Shown here: positions 17,927 through 27,395 of the stretch, in pieces
Numbering within the stretch: position 1 is the stretch's first letter
Layout of the letters: the number at the start of each line of letters is the position of its first letter
Sequence record: DRR723986_9065
Reading direction: 5' to 3' (one strand)
Length of the DNA: 59,043 nucleotides
Program-made: the position numbers and the translations under genes
The notes under the pieces: model-generated
Told to the model about the DNA's origin: nothing
The model's database searches: none
What the model saw: only the letters and a program-made list of their open reading frames with translations

Positions 17927-20900
17927 TTATTTTAACACGGTTACGTGTCCTTGATGTTTTTGTCTTTCATCATTGGCTGACAATTTGAAATCAATTTGCC
18001 AGATGTAAACTCCATCATCAACTAATCCGCCGTCTCCATAATGTCCATCCCAACCAGCAGTTGCATCATAAGATTCCCAAACGATTTCACCGTATCTGTT
18101 GAATACCATTAAGTGGAAGTCATAAGGGTCATATCCTGAGAAGAATACTGGATGCCACATTTCGTTATAATCATCTCCATCAGGAGTAAAGATATTCGGT
18201 ACGTGGAAGATTAAGATGTCTTCTACATGGATAAGTACTGTATCTGCATCATGGCACATTCCACCAAAGTTGTACACATCTAAAATAACTTGGTAATCAG
18301 CAGCTCCTACAGTAGGGAACATATGAGTTGGTTCAAATGTAGATACATCTGGAGTACCATCTCCGAAAGACCAGTTATAAGTGTGTCCGTTTACAGAGTT
18401 GTTGTAGAATGTAGCTTCAGTATCTGTAATATACAATTCGTAAGGCTTGTAAGTGAATTCAGCTTCAGGAGTAGGGAAAATCTCTACATAATCAGCGTAT
18501 AAAACAGTATCATAACAACCAACTGAATTTTGAACGATTAACTCAACGTCATATAAGTCAGGGTTTGGACCTGCTGCAGTGTAATATGCTGTTGGGTTTT
18601 GGTCAATTGATCCCCCTCCGTTAAAGAAGTTCCATTTCCATTGTACAATATCAATTCCTGGTGTCATTGAGGCTGTTCCTTGAGACTGGTCAATATAGTT
18701 GATAGTATCAGGGCTACATATTTGAGTAATAGGTGCCATAAACGCCGCTACTGGTTTTTCATGAACCGTTACAGGGTGCATTACTGAGTTTACACAACCA
18801 TCAGTGGTAGTTACAGTTAATGTTGCATTGTATACTCCTGCTGATCCATAGTTGTTCACAGTCGCTTGCGTGAATGCTTGGGCACCGTTTCCGAAATCCC
18901 AATGCCAGTCGTTAATGATTCCGTATCCTGGCAATGTCGTAGAAAGGTCACCAAATGTTGTAGGAGGTGTGTTCTCACAAATAGTAGTCGTTGAAAACTC
19001 TGGAGTAGGTAGAGGTTTGATATCAACAATTATAGTTGTGTCATGAATACATCCATTGTTAGTAGTAGCTGTTAAGTTGACGAACTTTTGACCGTGTGAT
19101 CCATAAGTATGTTGAACAAGTGCACCTGATGTTGTGTTTCCGTCTCCGAAATCCCAGTCAAATACATCTACAGTATTTAAAGTGTAAACATTAGAAACCG
19201 TTGCCAATTGTTCAAAATCAGTCAAATCATTAAAGCAAAGGTTTCCAAAATTAAAGTCTACAACTGGCTCAGGGTAAACAGTTACTGGATAAGATACAGT
19301 ATCTGAACAACCAAATGCAGTTTGTACAATTAATTCTGTAGTATAAATTCCTTCAGCTGGATAAGTGTGAGACGGACTTTGAGTAACATAGTTAGGCGTT
19401 CCACTTAAATCAGTGTCCCATTTCCAGCTATTAATTGCATCTCCATTTACGTTTCCACCTAAGAATGCAGACTGATCTGTAAAGGCGTTAGCAAATGATA
19501 CACATTCTGCAGTTACAACAAAATCAGCATTCGGTTTTTCGTAGATATCTACGATAGCATCTACCGTATGGACACAGTTAAAGTTAGAAGTAGCTGTTAA
19601 AGTTACTGTATAGTTTCCTGCCGTTGCGTATTGGTGAGTTGGAGCAGTATTCACGTCAATTGGTGAACCATCACCAAAGTCCCACTCATAAGTCATGGTT
19701 CCAATACCAATATTAGAAGTGTTTGCTGTCGCAATTGCATCATAAACACATTCGTCAGTTGCTGTGAACGAAGCCACGGGTAAAGATCTTACATATGCAG
19801 GTAGGGTAACACTTGCAGGACAACCACCATCAGATGTTACAGTTAAAGTTACGTTGTTGTTTCCAGCCGCAGCAAACGTGAAGTTAGCTGGAGATCCAGT
19901 TGCAGTGTTTCCTCCGCCAAAATCCCAATCCCACTGAACATTTGCACCACCTGCAATTGCCGAGTTATCAGTAAAAGTTGTAGCGTTTCCAATACAAACT
20001 GAATCTGAAGTAAAGTCTGGAACAGGGATGTGGTTAACAGTAATATCATTTACAATATTATCTGTACAACCAAATGCTGAAGTAACAGTTAATTCAACTT
20101 GATAAGTTCCACCAGTTGGGAATACGTGAGTTGGATTTTGCGTAGTATATTCTACCGAACCGTCATTTCCGATATCCCATGCCCACTGATCAATAGATCC
20201 TGGAGCAACTGCAGATTGATCTGTAATTTGAGTTGGAGTTAATGGAGTGTTAGCACAAACTACATCCGAAACAAACGCAGGAGTAGGAATCGGTGCTACG
20301 TGAACCGGTACTGCAAAGGTAGCGGCAACACAACCTGCTGCTGATCCCGCTTGGAGGACGACCTGATAGTCTCCCGGTGCGGCGTATGTATGCGATTCAT
20401 TCTGATTCGTTCCGTTTGGTGTTCCATCTCCCCAATCCCAATCCCATTGTGTAATGGCATCTGGAGCTGGAATATTGGAGGCATCTGTGAAGTTAAATGC
20501 TGTACCTAAGCAAACAGAATCAGAACTTGCTCCACCATTACCAACTACAAATGTTGGAGTTGGGTTGGCTTGAATCACAATATCAAAACTACTTGTACCA
20601 CATGAATTTGTTACATCAATTGTTGCGGTAGTCCCTGGAGGTCCTACTGGAACGAATGATGGGATGTCTCCGTTTCCACTTGCTGCAAGCCCAATTCCTG
20701 GATTATCATTAGTCCAGGTAGCACTCGGTGGGTAATTAATAGGGGCTGAGGCAGATCCTTCACATACATATTGATCCGTTCCACCAACAGTTCCACCAAT
20801 AATAAAGTTAAACGAGAATGGGAACATTCCTCCACAATCAGATGTAAATGCCGTGTTACCACTTACTATGGTTACAACAATGTTTTGATTTGTTGGTAAG

Positions 20901-21238
20901 CCTAGGAAGTCATAATATACCCAGTCATTATAATTATCTTGATTGTTTGGACAACTTGTTCCGAAGATCAACGGGGTTGAACACCCTGGTAATGATCCTG
21001 CTGGTACGTTTTGAACTCCACCTCCAGGAGACGAAGTGTAGGTAACTGGACCTGCTCCCACATCCACAGTAATTGTCATGGTTGTAGTAGCCGGATTCTC
21101 TGTTCCGTGCCAGTGCTCTACCCAGATTCTAAGGTCACCTGCGCAATTCACACAATATTGAACTTGGACTGCGTGGGCTTTAGCTAATTGTGAAAAAGCA
21201 CAAACTGCTAAGGTGAGGATTAAGGTTTTTAGTTTCAT
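17927..21238 (-). CDS. T9SS type-B CTD (gliding-motility-associated C-terminal domain) surface protein with about 9 PKD repeats and an unknown N-terminal domain
   Basis: Signal peptide; repeated W.WDFGDG...P.H.Y...G.Y.V.L...GC units; C-terminus VPNIFTPDGDDYNE.W...VFNRYGE...WDG...GVYIW...GHVTVLK. Confidence 0.92.
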   Translation of the reverse strand: MKLKTLILTLAVCAFSQLAKAHAVQVQYCVNCAGDLRIWVEHWHGTENPATTTMTITVDVGAGPVTYTSSPGGGVQNVPAGSLPGCSTPLIFGTSCPNNQDNYNDWVYYDFLGLPTNQNIVVTIVSGNTAFTSDCGGMFPFSFNFIIGGTVGGTDQYVCEGSASAPINYPPSATWTNDNPGIGLAASGNGDIPSFVPVGPPGTTATIDVTNSCGTSSFDIVIQANPTPTFVVGNGGASSDSVCLGTAFNFTDASNIPAPDAITQWDWDWGDGTPNGTNQNESHTYAAPGDYQVVLQAGSAAGCVAATFAVPVHVAPIPTPAFVSDVVCANTPLTPTQITDQSAVAPGSIDQWAWDIGNDGSVEYTTQNPTHVFPTGGTYQVELTVTSAFGCTDNIVNDITVNHIPVPDFTSDSVCIGNATTFTDNSAIAGGANVQWDWDFGGGNTATGSPANFTFAAAGNNNVTLTVTSDGGCPASVTLPAYVRSLPVASFTATDECVYDAIATANTSNIGIGTMTYEWDFGDGSPIDVNTAPTHQYATAGNYTVTLTATSNFNCVHTVDAIVDIYEKPNADFVVTAECVSFANAFTDQSAFLGGNVNGDAINSWKWDTDLSGTPNYVTQSPSHTYPAEGIYTTELIVQTAFGCSDTVSYPVTVYPEPVVDFNFGNLCFNDLTDFEQLATVSNVYTLNTVDVFDWDFGDGNTTSGALVQHTYGSHGQKFVNLTATTNNGCIHDTTIIVDIKPLPTPEFSTTTICENTPPTTFGDLSTTLPGYGIINDWHWDFGNGAQAFTQATVNNYGSAGVYNATLTVTTTDGCVNSVMHPVTVHEKPVAAFMAPITQICSPDTINYIDQSQGTASMTPGIDIVQWKWNFFNGGGSIDQNPTAYYTAAGPNPDLYDVELIVQNSVGCYDTVLYADYVEIFPTPEAEFTYKPYELYITDTEATFYNNSVNGHTYNWSFGDGTPDVSTFEPTHMFPTVGAADYQVILDVYNFGGMCHDADTVLIHVEDILIFHVPNIFTPDGDDYNEMWHPVFFSGYDPYDFHLMVFNRYGEIVWESYDATAGWDGHYGDGGLVDDGVYIWQIDFKLSANDERQKHQGHVTVLK

Positions 21239-21282
21239 AGGTTCTCGTTTTATAAAGACTAATTAGAGTTTTCTTTCCTTAA

Positions 21283-21310
21283 AGACGATACTTTTTTAAG
21301 TCGGTTGCTT
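21283..21310 (-). promoter_or_regulatory. ECF-sigma-like promoter AAGCAACC-N15-CGTCT upstream of the PKD gene
   Basis: Minus strand aagcaacc-gacttaaaaaagtat-cgtct; the same layout occurs at 53013-53040. Confidence 0.6.
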
Positions 21311-21544
21311 GAATTTAACATCTAATTATGGAAAAAAAAAACGGAAATTTTAAAAACCCCTATTTTAATTGATTTAGGAGGTTGAAAATAATTTTATTAA
21401 TCTATCGATTTAATCGAATATTAGAGGGGTTCAGAGAAATGCAATGGTCTAAATGTTGTAGTTGTAGAGGTTCCCCCTCAGTTTCAAATTGTTTAAAATA
21501 TTTCAATAAAAAAGGGCAGTGTGAAAAAAAAATGGATCGGTATT

Positions 21545-21569
21545 AAACCAATTCTCAAATTGAGGGTCT
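21545..21569 (+). promoter_or_regulatory. ECF-sigma-like promoter AAACC-N15-GGTCT
   Basis: aaacc-aattctcaaattgag-ggtct, 26 nt upstream of ATG 21596. Confidence 0.45.
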
Positions 21570-21595
21570 GATTGAATAAACAAATTAATTATAAT

Positions 21596-21985
21596 ATGAA
21601 AACAGTAACATTAGCACTTGCACTTTTACTTGGTTCAGTTTCTTTTTCTCAGGTCGGAGAAGGAAAACGTAAAGAAGATAAACTTAGTGTAACGGAAAAA
21701 GCAGAAAAAAGAACGCAAAAAATGACCGATTTATTGAATTTGTCAGAGGATCAAAAAGAGAAAGTTTATGCCATTAATTTGAAACATGTTCAGGAAATGG
21801 AAAAACTCAAACAAGAAAAAGATGAACTGAGAAATAAAATTAAAGCCTCACATGATTTCGCTAAAAAAGAGTTCGATAAAATCCTTTCAAATGAACAGCA
21901 ATCGATATTGAAAGAAAAAAAAGAAGAAATGAAAAAGAAAAAAAAGGAAAAACGGGATTGCTGTAAAGAATCAAAACACGAATAA
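21596..21985 (+). CDS. Secreted helical Spy/CpxP-like (DUF4890-like) protein
   Basis: Signal peptide SFS|Q; MTDLLNLSEDQKEKV and ILSNEQ (LTxxQ-like repeats); K/E-rich coiled coil. Confidence 0.75.
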   Translation: MKTVTLALALLLGSVSFSQVGEGKRKEDKLSVTEKAEKRTQKMTDLLNLSEDQKEKVYAINLKHVQEMEKLKQEKDELRNKIKASHDFAKKEFDKILSNEQQSILKEKKEEMKKKKKEKRDCCKESKHE

Positions 21986-22004
21986 TCGGATGAATTTATT
22001 AGCT

Positions 22005-22041
22005 AAAAAAAGCTTCTTCAATTTTTGAAGAAGCTTTTTTT
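22005..22041 (+). terminator. Rho-independent terminator
   Basis: AAAAAAAGCTTCTTCAA-ttt-TTGAAGAAGCTTTTTTT perfect inverted repeat. Confidence 0.9.
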
Positions 22042-22078
22042 ATGCCAAATTGAATATTGGAGTAGCTTTGCAAAAGAG

Positions 22079-23296
22079 ATGAGAGCCATCACAACATATT
22101 TCCGAGAACTTTCTATTTATCCTAAAGAGTTTTGGATGCTGTGCATTCACACATTTGTTTTTATGATAAGTTTTAACATGTTGATTCCTGAAATGAACAG
22201 TTATATTACTGAATTGGGTGGGGCAGATCAAAAATGGAAGATTCTTGGGTTTTGGACGATTGCCGCTGCATTGTCAAGGCCTTTAAGTGGTAAAATTGCA
22301 GATAATATAAGCCGAAAATCGGTGATGTATATAGGGGTGATTGTAAGTATTATCATCTCCTTTATGTATCCTTTTTTTACGACAGTTTCAGGTTTTTTAA
22401 TTCTCCGGTTTTTGCACGGATTTAGCACTGGTTTTCAACCCACTGGGGCATCTGCCTTGGTTGCCGACCTGATTCCTGAGGGGAGGAGAGGTGAAGCAAT
22501 GGGGATTTTTGGGGTCATGTTTACTTTAGGATTTAGCCTAGGACAAGGATTAGGTTCTACGGTAGTTCAGGCATTTGAAGTTGAAGGTTTGTTCATAGTA
22601 TGCGGTTTATTGGGGATATTACCATTAATCCTGCTGTTTTTAGTCAAAGAGGATAAAAGTATTGTTCGCCAAAATGCCAAGGACCAAGGGTATGACACAA
22701 TCAAGAAAAAGGTAATACCTAAATTTTCAGAAATTATTGGAATCGAAGTTTTTAAGCCTACGGTGGTAATGTTTTTAACTGCTTCACTTGCCGGAATGTA
22801 TTTTCTGTTAATTCCTGATATGAGTGAGCATCTTGGATTAGTCAATAAAGGAGGATTTTGGTTAGTTTATGTGGGGTTCACTATTATAACTAGACTTGTC
22901 GCTGGTAAAACAACTGATAAATTTGGTGCTAGAAATAATCTGTTTTTTTGTTGCTTCTTCCTGATTATTGCCTCTCTGATTACAGGTACAGCAGAATCAG
23001 TTTGGCAATTAAATCTAGGAGCAATTATCTATGGCTTAGGATCTGGAATTGGATCCCCCGCTTTATTCTCTTGGGCGGCAGATTTGGCTAATCCGTTATA
23101 CAAAGGTAGAGGAATGGGAACGCTTTTTATTGCTCTGGAATTAGGTATACTTTTCGGTAATTATTTAGGACAACAATTATACAATAATAATCCATCAAAT
23201 TTTGATCTGGCATTTTTAACCGGAGGAGGTTTGTGTCTGTTTGCGTTTGTGTTTCTTATTTTTGCAGGAAATAAAAATAAGGTCAAACCGATTTAA
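22079..23296 (+). CDS. MFS transporter
   Basis: About 12 TM segments; RPLSGKIADNISRK motif A; LRFLHG. Start moved to ATG 22079 because 22025 lies in the terminator and a TAGCTTTG -7 box sits at 22063-22070. Confidence 0.9.
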   Translation: MRAITTYFRELSIYPKEFWMLCIHTFVFMISFNMLIPEMNSYITELGGADQKWKILGFWTIAAALSRPLSGKIADNISRKSVMYIGVIVSIIISFMYPFFTTVSGFLILRFLHGFSTGFQPTGASALVADLIPEGRRGEAMGIFGVMFTLGFSLGQGLGSTVVQAFEVEGLFIVCGLLGILPLILLFLVKEDKSIVRQNAKDQGYDTIKKKVIPKFSEIIGIEVFKPTVVMFLTASLAGMYFLLIPDMSEHLGLVNKGGFWLVYVGFTIITRLVAGKTTDKFGARNNLFFCCFFLIIASLITGTAESVWQLNLGAIIYGLGSGIGSPALFSWAADLANPLYKGRGMGTLFIALELGILFGNYLGQQLYNNNPSNFDLAFLTGGGLCLFAFVFLIFAGNKNKVKPI

Positions 23297-23310
23297 CTTA
23301 CATTTATATT

Positions 23311-24069
23311 ATGTACAATAAAAGACCACAGGAAGCTGAAGATATTATTTATGGTGTTAGAGCCGTAATTGAAGCTATTCGTTCAAAAAGACCGATCAAC
23401 AAAATTTTCATTCAAAAAGGGATGAACAAGGAGTTGTTCTATGAATTGAAAGAGGAGTTAGCCGACCAAAAATATAATTTACAGTTTGTTCCAATTCATA
23501 AGTTAAATAGATTAACCCGGAAAAATCATCAAGGTGTAATAGCCCAAGTTTCACCCGTTGAGTATCATGCTTTGACGCCAATTATCACCAAGCTTTTTGA
23601 AGAAGGAGAAGTCCCATTAATTTTAATACTAGATCGATTGACAGATGTAAGAAATTTTGGAGCAATCGCTAGAACAGCCGAATGTAATGGAGTTCATGCA
23701 ATTGTAATTCCTCATAAAGATAGTGTTTCGGTTACTTCTGATGCAGTAAAAACCTCTGCCGGAGCCCTCAATAAAATACCTGTGTGTTTAACTGAAAATT
23801 TATCATCTGTTGTTCATAATATGCAGCAATTAGGACTGCAAATTGTTGCATCTACAGAGAAAACGAAAAACAATGTTTTTGATGTTGATTTTACAGTTCC
23901 TTCTGGAATTATTATGGGGTCTGAAGAAAATGGTGTGTCCGCTAAATTACTCACTGAGTGTGATGTTAAAGCAAAAATTCCAATGACCGGAACAATTGCG
24001 TCTCTGAACGTTTCTGTTGCTGCAGGGATAATGTTGTACGAAGCAAGTCGTCAGCGATTAACTGAATAA
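23311..24069 (+). CDS. rlmB: 23S rRNA (guanosine-2251-2'-O)-methyltransferase
   Basis: IYG.RAVIEA, NHQGVIA, LD.LTDVRNFGAI.RTA, KTSAGA, MGSEENG, IPM.G.I.SLNVSVA (SPOUT fold). Confidence 0.95.
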   Translation: MYNKRPQEAEDIIYGVRAVIEAIRSKRPINKIFIQKGMNKELFYELKEELADQKYNLQFVPIHKLNRLTRKNHQGVIAQVSPVEYHALTPIITKLFEEGEVPLILILDRLTDVRNFGAIARTAECNGVHAIVIPHKDSVSVTSDAVKTSAGALNKIPVCLTENLSSVVHNMQQLGLQIVASTEKTKNNVFDVDFTVPSGIIMGSEENGVSAKLLTECDVKAKIPMTGTIASLNVSVAAGIMLYEASRQRLTE

Positions 24070-25973
24070 TGCAATTTTTAAAAAGACATATTGAGATAAG
24101 CTTAATTTTATTGATTGGTCTCTTCCTTCGTCTTTTTACTGCTTTTACGCATACTTATTCAAATGATGAATTGAGTGCGATCAACCGTTTGGATTACGAT
24201 AAATTCTCTGATTTAATTGAATATGGTGTAATGAAAGGGGATATGCACCCTGCGGGAGTGCAAGTTTTCATGAAAGCCTGGTCTCAGGTTGCAGGTTTAG
24301 ATGAAGGCCCTATGCGATTACCATTCGTAATAGTTGGAGTGCTATCAATTCTTTTGATTTATAAAATTGGATTAAAATGGGTAAATAGAAATACGGGTAT
24401 CATTTCGGCCCTCTTTCTAGCTTTCCTCTATTTTCCAATAATGAACGCCGAGTTCGCAAGACCGTATAGTCCCGGTTTGTTTTTTTCGCTTTTAGCCGCT
24501 TGGTATTATTTGAAGATATTATTCGATCAAAACAGGTCTTATCTTGATGCTTGTTTGCTCGCACTGTCTTTTGCTGGTGCCATGTATACCCATCATTTTG
24601 CATTTATGTTTATAGGTTGGATGGGAGTGAGCGGTTTGCTTTATGCTAACAGAGAAAATTTAAAATATATTTTGACTGCAGGAATATTGGCTATTGTGCT
24701 CTATGTTCCTCATGTATTCATAACGCAATATCAATTAGGAGTAGGAGGTTTGCAATGGCTGTCCCCGCCTAATAATGACTGGTTGTTTCAATTTTTGTTT
24801 CATGCGTTCAACGAATCATTCCTGCTTTGCCTTCTGATAATTCAATTCGTCATAATGGCTTTAATTTTTAGAAATAAGGATGTTTTTAATTGGTCTAAAC
24901 AGTTGACTTTTTTCGCCATTTTGTTTTTTGGAATTTATATTGTTGGTCATATCTACTCTTATGTTGGTACACCAGTTTTAAAATTTCCGGTGATGCTTTT
25001 TCCACTTCCATTTTTCATTCTGTTACTGGGCTTTTTCTTAAGCCAATTCAAAATGCAGAAAGGTATGCTGATCGTATTGTCTTTAGGATTGTTAAGTTCT
25101 ACTATTGTTGAAAAAGCTCTGTTTGGAAATTATCATTACGAACTGTTTAAAGAGATTTCTGATGATATCCTAAAATGGGAAGATCAATTCGGGGAAGAAA
25201 ACATCTATACTGTTTACAATTTGAACAATCCCAATTACATGAATTTCTATGCTAATCAACAGCAACGACAAATAGATTTTGACTGGGATGTACTAGAATT
25301 TGGTGATGCTTCAAAATTACGGGAAGATGTTAAATTAAGAAATGAAGATTATTTAATTATTGGTTACTCAGCAAGGTTGACTTTGGTTCAGGTTTTCGAA
25401 ACATGCAAAGAGTTTTATCCAGTAATTGTAGATGGAAAAGAATATAATAATTCAGCAGTTTATTTGCTCGGGAAAAAAGGTGAAAACCAAATTGAGCAGC
25501 GAGAAGATGTCTTTGCCTTGTTCAGCCCAGAATTGGAAAATCTAGATTGGCAGTTTGACAAAAACCAGTTAATGTTAGTTAAAGATACGCTTAGTGGATT
25601 TAATATGATGCGCTATAAAATGGCTGAGTTTGGACCCGAGTTTAAATTTTCTAAAAAGGATATTCCATCTATAAATGATAAATACATCAAGGTTGTCGTA
25701 AAAGGAGAACTGCCAACCTCAGGTAAATTAACGGCAAGCATTTCTGCAAGAAGAAACGGGCAGGTTGTACAGCACAGAGGTGAAAACTATTGGGAGGGCA
25801 GAGATCTTGAAAATATGATGACTGCAACGGGGAAAGGTTATTTTACATTTAAAATCCCAGAATTTATTTCAGATTCTGATGAATTGATCATTTCTTTATG
25901 GAATCGAGATTCAGCTCAAGACATTTTTATAGATGCAATCGAAGTTAGGATATTAGAAAATATCTGGAACTAA
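24069..25973 (+). CDS. GT-C superfamily glycosyltransferase (GT39/ArnT-like) membrane protein
   Basis: LRL....Y..DE, DMHPAG, MRLP, ARPYS, multiple TM segments and a C-terminal periplasmic domain; TAATG overlap with rlmB. Confidence 0.85.
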   Translation: MQFLKRHIEISLILLIGLFLRLFTAFTHTYSNDELSAINRLDYDKFSDLIEYGVMKGDMHPAGVQVFMKAWSQVAGLDEGPMRLPFVIVGVLSILLIYKIGLKWVNRNTGIISALFLAFLYFPIMNAEFARPYSPGLFFSLLAAWYYLKILFDQNRSYLDACLLALSFAGAMYTHHFAFMFIGWMGVSGLLYANRENLKYILTAGILAIVLYVPHVFITQYQLGVGGLQWLSPPNNDWLFQFLFHAFNESFLLCLLIIQFVIMALIFRNKDVFNWSKQLTFFAILFFGIYIVGHIYSYVGTPVLKFPVMLFPLPFFILLLGFFLSQFKMQKGMLIVLSLGLLSSTIVEKALFGNYHYELFKEISDDILKWEDQFGEENIYTVYNLNNPNYMNFYANQQQRQIDFDWDVLEFGDASKLREDVKLRNEDYLIIGYSARLTLVQVFETCKEFYPVIVDGKEYNNSAVYLLGKKGENQIEQREDVFALFSPELENLDWQFDKNQLMLVKDTLSGFNMMRYKMAEFGPEFKFSKKDIPSINDKYIKVVVKGELPTSGKLTASISARRNGQVVQHRGENYWEGRDLENMMTATGKGYFTFKIPEFISDSDELIISLWNRDSAQDIFIDAIEVRILENIWN

Positions 25974-26036
25974 CCGTTTATCGATTTTCATGGACTAAGT
26001 TTCAGAATTAACTTAATTTTGAATTAAAATAATCTT

Positions 26037-27395
26037 ATGAAAGTTTTATCTCTCTCTTTTTTAATATGTATTTCAGCGATTTCTTTTGCGAACAATGATT
26101 CATTATTTATTCGAAAAATTTATGATGAGGCGCTAGAAAATGGCCAAGCATATCAAAATTTGCGTTCGTTGTGTAAAGATATTGGAGCGAGAATAACCGG
26201 TTCTGCTGAAGCTAAAATGGCGGTTGTTTGGAGTGAGAAATTATTGAATTCTTATGGGTTTGATAAGGTGTATTTGCAGGATATAGAAGTGCCACATTGG
26301 GAACGAGGAACTAAAGAAGCGGCTTGGATGATAAATGAGGCGGGGGAGATGGAAAAACTTCATGTCATTGCTCTTGGAGGATCGGTTTCAACAAAAGGAA
26401 TGATTGAGGGAGAGGTAATTGCAGTTGAATCTATAGATGAGCTAGAGAAATTAGGTGAAGAAAAGGTTAGAGGCAAAATAGTATTTTTCAATAAGGCCTT
26501 TGATCAAAAATTGATTCAAACATTCAAAGCTTATGGTGGATGCATTGCTCAAAGACACATGGGAACCAACGCCGCTTCAAAGTTACACGCTAAGGGAGTT
26601 GTGATTCGATCGCTAGGATCTTCAACTGATCACCATCCGCATACTGGTTCTATGCATTATGAAGCAGGAGTGGATTCAGTGGCAGGTCTTGCAGTGAGTA
26701 CCATGGATGCTGATAAATTAAATGAATGGCTTGCAAAAGGTAAAGTAATTATAAGAATGGAGACTGATTGTAAATATTTTCCGAACGAGATTTCGCACAA
26801 TGTAATAGCAGAAATGAATGGGAGTAAGGATAATAAAATTATCACTTTTGGCGGTCACCTAGATTCTTGGGATGTTGGTGAAGGAGCTCATGATGATGGG
26901 GCAGGTGTAGTGCATTCAATTGAAGCGCTTAGAATTCTTAAAAAGTTAGGATATAAACCACAACACACGTTAAGATGCGTATTATTCATGAATGAAGAAA
27001 ATGGGAATTTTGGTGGTAAAGGTTATGCAAAATGGGCTAAGGATAATAATCAGGAGCATATTTGCGCAATAGAAACTGACAGAGGAGGTTTTTTACCTAT
27101 AGGATTTGACATCATGGGGACTCAAGAACAGGTTGAGTTGGTTAGGACGTATAAAAACCTTTTAAAAGATGTTCAGCTCTATCGTTTTGATCCAGGATAT
27201 TCCGGAGTAGATATTCGTCCCTTAACAGAATATTACCCTGAAATGATTCAATTGGGAATGGCCATATCTTCTCAGCGTTATTTTGATTTCCATCACGCAG
27301 AAACAGATGTTTTTGAAAATGTAAATAAAAGAGAGCTTCATTTAGGAGCTGCTGCTATGGCTACCATGATTTATTTAATGGATAAGTCACTTTAA
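26037..27395 (+). CDS. M28 family metallopeptidase (carboxypeptidase Q-like)
   Basis: Signal peptide; IGARITGS, GGHLDSWDVGEGAHDDGAG, NEENG, ETDRGG, YFDFHH..D; TAATTTTG -7 box at 26014-26021. Confidence 0.93.
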   Translation: MKVLSLSFLICISAISFANNDSLFIRKIYDEALENGQAYQNLRSLCKDIGARITGSAEAKMAVVWSEKLLNSYGFDKVYLQDIEVPHWERGTKEAAWMINEAGEMEKLHVIALGGSVSTKGMIEGEVIAVESIDELEKLGEEKVRGKIVFFNKAFDQKLIQTFKAYGGCIAQRHMGTNAASKLHAKGVVIRSLGSSTDHHPHTGSMHYEAGVDSVAGLAVSTMDADKLNEWLAKGKVIIRMETDCKYFPNEISHNVIAEMNGSKDNKIITFGGHLDSWDVGEGAHDDGAGVVHSIEALRILKKLGYKPQHTLRCVLFMNEENGNFGGKGYAKWAKDNNQEHICAIETDRGGFLPIGFDIMGTQEQVELVRTYKNLLKDVQLYRFDPGYSGVDIRPLTEYYPEMIQLGMAISSQRYFDFHHAETDVFENVNKRELHLGAAAMATMIYLMDKSL

